DNA from: Octopus sinensis
Lineage: Eukaryota
Assembly (NCBI RefSeq): GCF_006345805.1
Contig: NC_043006.1
Location: 47,430,001-47,494,000 of the forward strand
Length of the DNA stretch: 64,000 bases
Direction: 5' to 3'
The notes under the pieces are model-generated. The model was not told where the DNA came from and did not search any database. It worked only from the letters and a program-made list of their open reading frames with translations. The translations under genes were made by a program, and so were the position numbers. The first letter of the stretch is position 1; each line of letters starts with the position of its first letter. This document shows positions 51,958-64,000 of this stretch, piece by piece.

Positions 51958-52329
51958 GCCTTCATTGTTTTGCAGCAGGTAAATGAGAAGAGATGCAGCA
52001 ATATCGAAGAGACCCACCCCACCCCACCTCACCCCACCCAGACCCCAGCACCAGAGATTGAAGTTTACGAAAGATCCTGTATTAAAATCTTCCCGAAATG
52101 TTGCTGCTATTTCACAATGCCTGTGCCATACTCACGCAAACAACGACTGGTTCCTAATTCTAGAGTAAATCAGTCGTATTCAATATATTTTGATGTTGTT
52201 GTTGTAGTTGTTGTTGTTGTTGTCCAGCCATCACGAAAGCCTATTCGAACAGGTCTATGATCGAATACATCCAGTCGTGACCAACCCATCAGTGATCTTT
52301 ATATAAAAATAACAGCCAACATATGTGCT

Positions 52330-53700
52330 TGTTGGTTGGTTGGTGGCACTGTTGGCTGTTTGGCTGATTATTCGGTTGGTTGGCTGGCTGGTTGGTTGGT
52401 TTGTCGGTTGGTTGGCTGGTTAGTTGGTTTGTCGGTTGGTCGGCTGGTTGATTGGTTGGTCTGTTGGTTGGCTGGTTGTCTGGTTGGTCGGTGGGTCGGC
52501 TGGTTGGTTGGTCGGTTAGTCGTCGGTCAGCTGGTTGGTTGGTTTGTCGGTTGGTTGGCTGGTTGGTTGGTTGGTCGGTTGGTTAGCTGGTTGGCTGGTT
52601 GGTTGGTGGGTCGGCTGGTTGGTTGGTTGGTCGGTTGGTCGTGCGCCAGCTGGCTGGTTGGTTTGTCGGTTGGTTGCTGGTTGGCTGGTTGGTCGATGGG
52701 TCGGCTGGTTGTGGTTTGTCGGTTGGTTAGCGGTTGGTTGGTTGGTCGTTGGGTCGGCTGGTTGGTTGTTGTCAGTTGGTCGTGGGTTAGCTGGTTGTGG
52801 TTTGTTGGTTGTTGGTTGGTCGGTGGGTCGGTTGTGGTTGGTTTGTTCGGTCGGTGGTTGGCTGCTGTCGTTGGGTCGGCTGTCGTTTGGTTGGTTGGTC
52901 AGTGGTCAGCTGGTTGGTTGGTTTGTCGGTTGTGGATGGATGGTTTGTTTGTCGTTTGATGAGCTGGTTGAGTGGTTGGTCGGTGGGTCGGCTGGTTGGT
53001 TGGTCGGTTAGTCGTCGGTCAGCTGGTTGGTTGGTTTGTCGGTTGGTTGGCTGGTTTGCTGGTTGGTTGGTTGGTCGGTTGGTTAGCTGGTTGGCTGGTT
53101 GGTTGGTGGGTCGGCTGGTTGGTTGGTTGGTCGGTTGGTCGTGCGCCAGCTGGCTGGTTGGTTTGTCGGTTGGTTGGCTGGTTGGCTGGTTGGTCGATGG
53201 GTCGGCTGGTTGGTTGGTTTGTCGGTTGGTTAGCTGGTTGGTTGGTTGGTCGTTGGGTCGGCTGGTTGGTTTGTTGATCAGTTGGTCGTGGGTTAGCTGG
53301 TTGGTTGGTTTGTTGGTTGGTTGGTTGGTCGGTGGGTCGGTTTGTTGGTTGGTTTGTCGGTCGGTTGGTTGGCTGGCTGGTCGGTGGGTCGGCTGTCTGT
53401 TTGGTTGGTTGGTCAGTGGTCAGCTGGTTGGTTGGTTTGTCGGTTTGTTGGATGGATGGTTTGTTTGTCGTTTGATGAGCTGGTTGAGTGGTTGGTCGGT
53501 GAGTCGGCTGGCTGGTTGGTTTGTCGGTTGATTGGTTGTTGGTTGGTTGGTCGGTGGCTCGGCTGGCTGATTGGTTTGTCGGTTAGTTGGCTGGTTATTT
53601 GGTTGGTCGTTGGGTCGGCTGTTTGGTTGATTTTTCGGTTGTTTGGCTGGTTGGCTGGCTGGTCGGTGGTTCGGCTGGTTTGTTGGTGGGTCGGTTTGTC
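52330..53700. repeat. (GGTT)n-derived degenerate satellite with an internal ~500-bp duplication
   Basis: Marker gtcgtgcgccagctgg at about 52638 and 53138; marker tttgatgagctggttgagtgg at about 52955 and 53471. Confidence 0.9.
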
Positions 53701-54877
53701 GTCTTTGATGATCTTTTGCCATCTTTTTGGCAACTTCATGCTTCCGTGCTCGTAGGACTTCTTGTCCTTATCAGCTAAAAACTGAAGCATGTGCAATATC
53801 AGGTCATCAGCATTATTGAAAATTTTTACCATTCAAACAATTTTTCAATCTTTGAATTAAATGATAATCTGATGGTGCAAGATCAGGGCTATATGGTGGA
53901 CATCACTTCCCAACCAAACACCAATAGTTTTTCACAAGTTAGCAAAGATATGTGTAGCCTAGCACTGTCATAGTGGAACACGGTTCCTTCACGATTTGCC
54001 AATTCTAGCCGTTTTTCTTTGATTGCTTCCTCTAGTTTCATTAGTTGTTGACAGTAAACAACTGAATTGATCATTTGGTTCCTTGAAAGCAGCTGAAAAT
54101 ACACAACACCTTTGTAATCTCTCCAAATTGAAAGCATGAACTTTTTTTTTTATATACAATTCAGCTTTCGACGTGGTTTGTGCTGGTTCTTTACACTTGG
54201 ACCATGGTCGTTTTCGATTGATGTTATTGTAGACAATTCAGTTTTTATCACCATTGATGATTCGTTTCAAAAAGTCGATTTCATTGCGTTTGAGATGCAT
54301 ATCGCAAATATCAGTTCGTTGTGTTAAGTGAATCTCTTTCAATTTATGTGGAATATCGAGCTTCTTAACGAGTCCAAGACATCTTAAGGGATTTTCAGTT
54401 GTTGTGTGCGATACAGTTAAACTCTCTGCAATCTCTCGCACATTTATTTGACAATCGGATTCAATTATGACTTTGATTTGGTCATCATCAACTTCATTAG
54501 GTCGACCAGAACGTTGGTAATTTTTGAGTGAAAAATATCCATGACGGAATTTTAAAAACCCTTTCTGACATGTGCGTTTTCTTAAGCAGTCAACACCATA
54601 AACTTCACATAGCTCTTTGTGAGCCTCAGCAGCTTTCTTGCCTTTACGGAAACGAAAAGTAAACTATGGTAAAAATGTTCGTTGTTGCACTCCATATTAA
54701 AATTGACACTGAACTAACAGCTGTAAACAAAATTACGCGCAATCTATTTCTGAAGTAAGCTAAAAGTAACAGCTATCAAAGGTCAAAAGGAAGAAAAATC
54801 ACAATATTGAGAAATGTCATTCAAAAAATCGTAGCTCTATTTGCGAAAAACGAAATTACTTTCTTGCAAACTCAATG
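53700..54877 (-). mobile_element. Degenerate near-full-length mariner transposon (transposase pseudogene)
   Basis: FLKRIINGD, MLSIWRDYKGVVYFQLL...INSVVYCQQL...FHYDSARLH...GWEV, GSMKLPKRWQKII; TIR-like acgaaattactttcttgcaaactcaa at about 54851-54876. Confidence 0.9.
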
Positions 54878-55045
54878 TGTGTGTATGTGTATACACACAC
54901 ACACACACATGATGAGGCTTCCACACAGTTTCCGTCTACCGAATTCGCTTGCAATCCATGGATAGTTGCCTGCTTAAGGTGGCTCGCAGTGGAACCGAAC
55001 CCAAATCCACGTGGTTGCACAATGAGCTTCTTAACCACAGTCAAA

Positions 55046-55290
55046 GGCGCGTGGCTTAGTGGTTAGGTGTACCCGGTCCACTCAGCTGACAAAGATGTGT
55101 TGTGCCTGTATTTCAAAGGGGCCAGCCTTGTCGCATTCTGTATCACACTGAATCTCCCTGGAAACCATGTTAAGGATACACGCGTGTCTGTGAAGTACTC
55201 GGCAACTTGTACGCTAATTTCACGTGCAGGATGTTCCGTTGAGCGGATGAACTGGAACGAGAGCGTGCCAGTAATCGAAAGGGTGCCAGT
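55046..55290 (+). mobile_element. SINE family C with internal deletion
   Basis: ggcgcgtggcttagtggttagg...gtccactcagctg...ctgaatctccctg. Confidence 0.8.
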
Positions 55291-55581
55291 TCTTAACCAC
55301 GCAGCCCTATCAGCGGTTAGGATGCAGAATATAATCCATAAAACATCACAGACAGTGCCAGAATGGAGAATTTCTTGCCGATGCCTAATTGGATCCAACC
55401 ATTTTTCTCTGTCATTTTTTTTTTTTTGCTTTTTGTTTTTTGTATCGTTTTACTTTTTTGGTATAGGATTATGAGTGAGAGTTAATATACAGGAATACTG
55501 ACTCCATAGAAATATATAGGACCTGCTGTTACTGGAATTAGATTAATTAGTGTCTGGCATAGCATGCTCTTCATACATATG

Positions 55582-55624
<43 letters not shown>

Positions 55625-55882
55625 TATATATATATATATACATATATACATACATGCATACCTGCGTACATACATGTGTTTGTGAGTATATGTATGTCTA
55701 CACACACACACACACATGCATGCAAGTATGTATGTATGCATGTATGCATGATGGAGAGAATGCGTGCGTGTTTAGGCATCCGTAACTTCGAATTTCACGG
55801 GATAAAATATTCTATTCACGGACAGGGTATTTCACGATGATATTTACCTCTATCATAATATTGCAATATATGAAAATGCAAC

Positions 55883-56265
55883 GGCGGCCGGCTGGCGAAA
55901 TGCTTAGCGGTATTTCGTCTGCCGTTACGTTCTCAGTTCAAATTCCGCCGAGGTCGACTTTGTCTGTCATCCTTTCGGAGTCGATAAATTAAGTGCCAGT
56001 TACGCACTGGGGTCGATATAATCGACTTAACCCGTTTGTCTGTCCTTGTTTGTTCTCTCTGTGTTTAGCCCCTTCTGGGTAGTAAGGAAATAGGAATTTC
56101 GTCTGTTTTTACCTTCTGAGTTCAAATCCCACCGAGGTCGACCTTGTCTTTCATTCATTCGGTGTCGATTAATTAAACGCCATCTGCGTACTGGGGGCGA
56201 TCTAATCGACTGCCCCCCCCCTCCGCAAAAGTTTAGGGCCCTGTGCTTAGAACAGAAAAGAATAT
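55883..56265 (+). mobile_element. SINE family B dimer
   Basis: Shortened head followed by two atttcgtctg...gttcaaat units. Confidence 0.85.
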
Positions 56266-56949
56266 AACCACTCCTGAAAAACCAGCATAATTGAAATTGT
56301 ATAGAAAATATCAAAAACAAAGATAACCATAAACCTGTTCACACTTTTGTCTTATACATATATCAGTTGTCCATTGTTAAATTCTTTTCATCAAAAGAAA
56401 ACTGAGGACAGTGATGAGCTGGTATGAAAATCATAACGGCTCATCACCATTGTGCTTTTTTTTTTCAGGCGGAAAGTGTCTTAATACCGATTTATGGCGA
56501 AATAACTAGAAATAAGAATCGAGAGGTATATAACTATTTGCATACCAAATTCGTATACAGACCTGCCTATGGATATAAAAAGTACAATGGAGAATGTAAT
56601 AGAAATGGTAATAAATGTGTGTAACGTCTCTCAGATGGAAAGAAGTCGGAAAGAAATGAATTATTAATAGTCATCAATGTGAATATTCAAAAGAAAAAAT
56701 ATATAGACCTACATACATATCGAGATACATACAGGTATAAAACTATATACATGCGTGCCGGTAATTTTTGTACAAAAAGAGAAAAGAATTTGTTAGCAAC
56801 TACAAAAATGGATTTAATCACGCGATTCCCACCTGTAAACAAAGTTCTCTTACCTTACCATGATGATTTTTGCAATTTTTAAACGTACTAAAATTAGAAC
56901 ACCAGAACACAATTGAAAAAAAAAATTTCAATATAAGGATATATATATA

Positions 56950-57120
56950 CTTTTATTCTTTTACTTGTTTCAGTCATTTGATTGCAGCCATGCTGGAGCA
57001 CCGCCTTTAGTAGAACAAATTGACCCCAGGACTTATTCTTTGTAAGCCTAGTACTAATACTATCGGTCTCTTTTGCCGAACCACTAAGTTACGGGGAAGA
57101 AAACACACCAGCATCGGATG
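56950..57120 (-). mobile_element. 3' half of SINE family A
   Basis: ttttacttgtttcagtcatttga...ttttgccgaacc.ctaagttacgggga. Confidence 0.85.
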
Positions 57121-57895
57121 TCTATCGATGGTGGGAGGGGGTTTACAACACACTATGTCAACACACACTACGAAATAAAATTAAATTCACAGTTAAATTA
57201 TAAACTCAGCTTTCTATCGAAAACAGGAAAGTTCTTCATAACGAATTGTCAATTTAATTAAACTGTGTAAATGAGATAAAAGCATCATTATTAAATGGTT
57301 ATGAGTAAGCGAATCTCATTTACTTGAAGGAATTAGCAAACTTAGCATTATGCCATAATACACAAATTGACATAATTTCGGTTGCCGTTTAACCGTAACA
57401 AAATTTTGCATTATATCTCAATGCTTTGACTGTAGAGATCATTAGCTTTTGTCACTAAGTCTTTGATGCTACTTGCCATTGACCAATATTTCCGTGAAAA
57501 GCAATATTTAATTGCGGAAATTCTAAAAGAATTTCAAAAATAAGAAACGTTCTTATCGATGTTACTATGCTGGTTTATTATTCTACTAAATGCTGTGCCC
57601 CCATCTATTTATTTAAACAACTTAAACAACATAAAATTTTCCTCAGAGCGAGAATTCCTTAACAGAGGTAATGATCAATTAGTCGTTAAAAATACTAACA
57701 ACCATTCTCTTGCTGAACTTAGAAATTATTTGATCTCTACTTCAAAGATTAGGTTTTCATAATTGCAATAGATAAGAGACTTAATAGATATTATTATAAA
57801 TCTCTTCATATATTTTCATTGCTCCTATCTACATTTACCAATTTATTTTGCTGCTTCCAAAAAAGTTCTGCATTAAATCCATACTCATCCTCTAT

Positions 57896-58280
57896 TACTC
57901 TTTTACATGTTTCAGTCATTCGACTGCGGCCGTGCTGGAGCACCGCCTTTTTGTCTAACAAATCAACCCCAGGATGTATTCTGTGTAAGCCTAGTACTTA
58001 TTCCATCGGGCTCTTTTGCCGAACCTCTAAGTTTCGGGGATGTAAACACACCAGTATTGGTTGTCAAACGATGTTGGGGAGACAAACACAGACACACAAA
58101 CACATATATATATACATATATACGACGGGCTTCTTTCAGTTTCCATTTACCAAATCCACTCACAAGTCTTTGGTCGGCCCGAGCCTATGGTAGAAGACAC
58201 TTGCCGAAGGTGCCAAGGAGTGGGACTGAACCCAGAAACAGGTGGCTGGTAAGCAAGCTATATACCACACAGCTACTCCC
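57896..58280 (-). mobile_element. Full-length SINE family A
   Basis: Reverse complement, colinear with 33705-34094. Confidence 0.9.
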
Positions 58281-59039
58281 ATAATGTTTTGCAAACAACT
58301 TGCACAGGGAAGTGCTAGCAGTCGAGAGCTCCGCATACCGGAAGCCAGCACCCATATGGGGTCATCAGGAGAGAATGCGCGCCGTTTCGGAGCCTACTTC
58401 TCGACGGCATCGATGCGCATCGGCCCTCCTCATTGATATGAGTCTCCGGTTGATAAATCAACTGGTTATCAAAGAAAACTCAATATTCGTCTCTTTTTAA
58501 ACGAATCCAGGGACTAGCCTTTTCCACATTAGTTTGGATATTGGTCATCGTGGTATTTCCTTTACAATGAGTTAGGTCTACCGATAACAGTAATCGCCTC
58601 ACACTGTGTCCAACAAACACTCTACATCCGACTTCGATTCGAAAATGCTCCGCTTTCTAGCCTGCTCCTTCATATTCCTCGACGAGGTTTACATCACGGT
58701 CAATTTTTCGACACCGAGAGGCTTCCATGTTATAAATCATTTTCTTTCGTATACTGGGTCTTCCAAATACTGGAAAGCAATTCCGTCTAGATTTGGGTTT
58801 AATATCCAAAAATTCCAATAATGTACAAAATAAAAGGATTGTACACATTTAAATAAAATCAAAAAATTCTTTCATTTCACATCTATAATAATGCATAATT
58901 AAGTGTACAATTTTTTTGGTATGTACAACACGGCAAATATTTCGAAAACTAATGTTTAAATTAGAGATTGCCAATATTATCATACACGTTTGTGTCTTTT
59001 ATAGAATATTGTAGATTCGTCATATACCATACACTGTAG

Positions 59040-59071
<32 letters not shown>

Positions 59072-59123
59072 TGTGTGTATGTGTATATGTGTGTGTGTAT
59101 GAGTGTGTGTGTTTGTGTATATG

Positions 59124-59189
<66 letters not shown>

Positions 59190-59314
59190 TATATACGTAC
59201 GGATGTATGGTTGTATGGACGGATGAGTATATGTGTACATGTATATTTATATATGCTTATATGTATGTATATTCACACAAATGCGTGCTGATTGTGGAAG
59301 GAAGTGTTATAGAA

Positions 59315-59381
<67 letters not shown>

Positions 59382-60153
59382 GATTGATAGATAGATAGAT
59401 GTACGCACAAATGTCCGCGAGCGCGTCTGTGTGTGTATCTGCGTGTGTGTGTGTGTAAATGCGTGTGTGTGTACATGCATGAATACACATATGTAGGTGT
59501 ATTTACTCTTTCCTATCCGTTTGTATTTTATTATTTATGTTATCATGTGGCGTTAATAATATTGCTGTATATATAACATAGCGCTTCAGAAAATTGTTTG
59601 AGAAGCGAGAAAATTGTACAGGTGTGCTGCAGATAATTCAATCTAACCAAGCACATGACTGACACTTATTATGTAAACCAAAGAGGGAGGAAATGCAAAT
59701 TTAATCCTAGTGTGATTTGAATTCACAATTCAGAAGAACACGAATAAACTTTTTAAATCAGTTAGCTCGGCATTGATTTGTTCGTGGAAAAATCAACCGA
59801 TCCTTATGAAATAATTGTCTACATTATTGGTGCAGTAACATTGTGAATACCTGTTAATGCCATTCAGTATATGTCAATTGAAGAATAAAAAGAAGTGGAT
59901 GGTATAGGAAGAAAAAAAAAACGTAAAAAGATAAGCAACGTAATTATTCCTAAGCTCAAGCGTGTCTAAGAACATTGTGAATGCTAACACACACCAAACA
60001 CAAACATGTCAGTTATAGGCATACACACACGGAGACAGACGCGCACATACATATAGCAGATGCATATGCGTATCTGCGGAGACACACACATATTTATATA
60101 TGCACATCTTTCTTTGTGCATATATATATATATATACATATGTGGTGTGTGTG

Positions 60154-60203
<50 letters not shown>

Positions 60204-60238
60204 TATATATATATAAAAAATATATATATTATATATAT

Positions 60239-60269
<31 letters not shown>

Positions 60270-60279
60270 TTAGTTATGC

Positions 60280-60310
<31 letters not shown>

Positions 60311-60408
60311 TGTTTATATGTTTATGTGTATCTGTAAGGGTATATATTTATACCAGATTGTCTATGTATGTACCTCCTACCTACCTATCTATCTATCTAT
60401 CTATCTAC

Positions 60409-60460
<52 letters not shown>

Positions 60461-60507
60461 TTATCTATCTATATCTATCTCTCTTCCTCCCTCTCTCTCT
60501 ATGTGTG

Positions 60508-60567
<60 letters not shown>

Positions 60568-60572
60568 TAGAG

Positions 60573-60649
<77 letters not shown>

Positions 60650-61329
60650 TAGGTATATACATATATACATATATACATACACACACTTTATAGATGACAC
60701 GTTATCTGTGTCCTATTTATAAGGACTGAATCTGCGGGGTAGCGTCCTGGCAAATATCCCTTCACATACACGCACATGTTAAAGGAATAATGTATAAACA
60801 AAAGATGGTGTGTATATCTCATCGATTAATGCTTACTTTATTAATACTGCCTTTAATTCAAAATTAAATTTCCCCCCCTATTCTGCGCCACAGCTTATCA
60901 CCAAATACACTTTTTAATATTTGCATATATGTCCCCACAGGCAACATGGTCCACTTCGTAGTGTGTCGAATATGTATGGCGTTGAAGCGATAGAAGGATA
61001 GCACAATATAGCTATCCACCATTTTCTTTCGCCCGCCAGGCGAGTTGTCTCTCTTGGTCCGAGACACTCTCTGCCTTTTAACATTGTTATCTGTAATGGA
61101 CGTTTACCAAGATGTTATTTTCTGAGACTAGTACAAAATCACATAGGCTATATATATATGTCATCAATAGTAGTTACCTTATTCAAGCAAGTTACTTCAG
61201 TATATATAATATATATATTGCAGTTTCAGCTCAGATCTGTCGCCATGCTGGAGCACCGCCGCTTTGCTATACTGTTATTACTAAGGGCCTCCTGTTTGTG
61301 TGTGTTTGTGTTAGTCCCTACACCAAGGC

Positions 61330-61475
61330 TCAACCGATGTTGGTGTCTTAGCATTTCGGCAAGAGAGGACCGATAGAATAAGTACTAGGCTTATGAAGAA
61401 TAAGTCCTGAGATAGATTTCTTAGATTAAAGGTTGTACTCCAGATTGGCCGCAGTCAAATGACTGAAACAAGTAC
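61330..61475 (+). mobile_element. 3' fragment of SINE family A
   Basis: gaccgatagaataagtactaggctt...gcagtcaaatgactgaaacaagta. Confidence 0.8.
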
Positions 61476-61589
61476 AGGAAGAAAAGAAAAGAATATATGT
61501 GTTTATATATATATATATATATATAAATAAATATATATGTATATGTATATATGTATATATATATATATACATACATATATTGTTCTATT

Positions 61590-61675
61590 TCTATTCCTGA
61601 GCGCCATACTAATACATTTGTTTGTTTGTACTCCACTTGCCTTCGTCTTTTGTTTATTTTCGTAAACCTTCCCGT

Positions 61676-61676
<1 letters not shown>
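61590..61676 (+). mobile_element. Terminal fragment of the same PLE-like family as 63167-63360
   Basis: atactaatacatttgtttgtt...cttcgtcttttgttt matches the reverse complement of 63170-63250; embedded in (TA)n. Confidence 0.65.
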
Positions 61677-61710
<34 letters not shown>

Positions 61711-61716
61711 ATGTGC

Positions 61717-61780
<64 letters not shown>

Positions 61781-62529
61781 TTGTATATAGGTATATGCAT
61801 ATATGTATATATGTATGTGTGTATGTATGCATGCATGTAGCTAGATTGATAGGTAGGTATGTGTATGTATACTTTTCATAGACATGCACGTCTCCCCGAG
61901 GATGTTTGAAAAGAAGTGTGTAATGACTGGCATAAACAAAGAGATGGTCTAATATAATTATTAGCTGCACGTACTACATTCACAACAGTTTGTTAACGAA
62001 GAGCTGGAGATATCTTTTGAAAATAGTCAATACAACAATGTACTATAGAGGCTTCAGTCATTTCACAGCCTAATCATGAAGCGACGATAGTAGACACAAA
62101 ACAATGCTAAACATTTCCCAAAGTATATCATACTTCGTGCATGTCTGTCTGCATTGACTGTTATGCTGTATAATAGAGTTTGTTGAAGCAGTTACTTCTA
62201 AACAATTAGAGGGAATATTATAAACATATAGTATATCTAACGCCTTTGTTTCTTTTTTTTCGTTATTATATACATTTACTGCTGTAGTTTTCAAATCGTG
62301 TAGTTTGAACATTCGAACGTTTTCTGGGAAAGTTTATCGAATAATTAACACCTATTTTTAGACAATTATTTCGTGGATATGCATGTAAGTAAGCCATGAT
62401 AGTGTCATGTTTTCTTTTACATAAACACTCTAAACGATTAGGAAGACATAAATAAGAAGACAATCACATAAAACACACACAGACGCATACACCACACACA
62501 CACATACATGTATATATGTGTGTATGTGT

Positions 62530-62564
<35 letters not shown>

Positions 62565-62963
62565 GGCTACACATATTTACGAATATACACTATGATAATT
62601 ATAATAAACACACACATATGTACACAGATGCACATCTACGTATGTATATATATGTATGTACGTTTGTATCAATGGATGGATGGATGGAGGGATGGAGGGA
62701 TGGATGGAGAATGGATGGATAGATGGATACGTGTATCAACGGTTGTATATAATTACTTGCACGTGCGTGGGGATGAACTTTTCATTTCAATTTCAATTGC
62801 ATAGCCATTATTTTCAATTTAATGGCTAACTAGACTTTATGGGACGGTGATGCATCCACTATTTTATATATATATTCCACGACCCATTCCTTCTTCACTG
62901 CTATCAAAATTTCCTTTTTTCCTCCTCTCCCATTCATATTACACTAATTCAATGAATCTGTAT

Positions 62964-63035
<72 letters not shown>

Positions 63036-63166
63036 GTATGTATATATATACACATACATATATATGTATATGTATGTTTGTGTATATATGCATATATATA
63101 AACACAGATACATATACATGAATGTGTGTATATATATATATATATTATATATATATATATATATAT

Positions 63167-63360
63167 AGGGAGAATTCACAAAAAAAAAACAAAGGATGAA
63201 GATAGGTCGTGTAGACAACAAACAAATGTATTAGTATAACGTTCGGGTAGTGAAAAAGTCTTTAACGTTTCGTGCCTACGCTCTTCCACAGAAACGAACA
63301 CAGAAAGAAACAAGGCGAGAATATAAAGAACGTGTAGTGGCTAGCGATCTATCATGGCAA
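63167..63360 (-). mobile_element. PLE-like terminal fragment with a hammerhead variant at 63261-63294
   Basis: Minus strand ttt-CTGTGGA-a-gagc-gtag-gcac-GAAACGTT-aaa; its 3' end abuts (TA)n. Confidence 0.6.
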
Positions 63361-64000
63361 TTAAATTAAGTTTGTCCTTAAAGGATAATAATAATAAGGA
63401 ATATGCAATTACCTGGGAAATAATTAGTAGAGCTAAACCATATCGCAGAGGTAGCAAACCATGCGTATTATGTGTACAAGAAATTTACCAAATTCTTACA
63501 TAAAATACAAATGAGTAAACGATGTCTACATCAGTCCAAGCATGTGATTAATCAATATAATTAATTATGATACATAATACTAAAATTAGAAGAGTATTAA
63601 AGTAAACGATAGCAAATTAATAGGATAATTAAATATAAACCCCTTATTTTAATTGAGTAATAAGAATAATAAGCGAATAAAATTAACGATATCCCTGAAT
63701 AAAACTGATTTAATTTAAAATTAGCAAATTAAATAATAGACCAATATCTCATTATTTACAACTAGACTAGTAGTAGTAATAAGACTAGTAGTAGTGGAGT
63801 TGGAAATGATAAGAAAGTAACCATGACAACATCACCAAACTTCAAGTAACCTGATACAAAATATGGATACTATCCCTAATTAGTGTAATGGTAAAATATA
63901 TTAGCATTCCACTGATCTACTTCTGGACAGTAAGTCACTTGTTTTTTCTAACCAGCAGAGTTGAAATGGTCAGAATTTAGACTATTTATAGAATACTAAA

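Noticed and set aside
52336-53832. W/L/V/G-rich ORFs resembling membrane proteins
   Set aside because: Read-through of the (GGTT)n satellite.
56412-56448. Hairpin gtgatgagc...gctcatcac as SECIS, HHR or pre-miRNA
   Set aside because: Too short for a pre-miRNA, lacks SECIS geometry, and the nearby CTGAGGA/GAAA lack stems I and III.
60919-61060. Octamer ATTTGCAT plus acceptor-like ccccacag as a promoter or exon
   Set aside because: Short motifs are expected by chance and the frames checked close quickly.

Overview
This is AT-rich eukaryotic non-coding (intergenic or intronic) DNA, most likely from an octopus genome; that is inferred from the tRNA-derived SINE families and the very high density of (TA)n, (CA)n, (AAT)n and (TAGA)n repeats. 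No host protein-coding gene can be supported, and almost all listed ORFs are microsatellite read-through. Recognisable content: two R4/Dong-like RLE non-LTR retrotransposon remnants in (AAT)n arrays, mariner remnants and MITEs, two Helitron-like elements, many SINE copies (several with target-site duplications, nested or multimeric), Penelope-like element (PLE) GIY-YIG fragments, and one 100-N gap. The main observation is about a dozen minimal type I hammerhead-ribozyme (HHR) motifs with palindromic stem III, read by eye. Their 3-8 core pair occurs as C-G, U-A and G-C. They sit in PLE termini, fold-back palindromes, a retrozyme-like direct repeat and a tRNA-headed SINE. Ribozyme activity is inferred from structure only and has not been tested.
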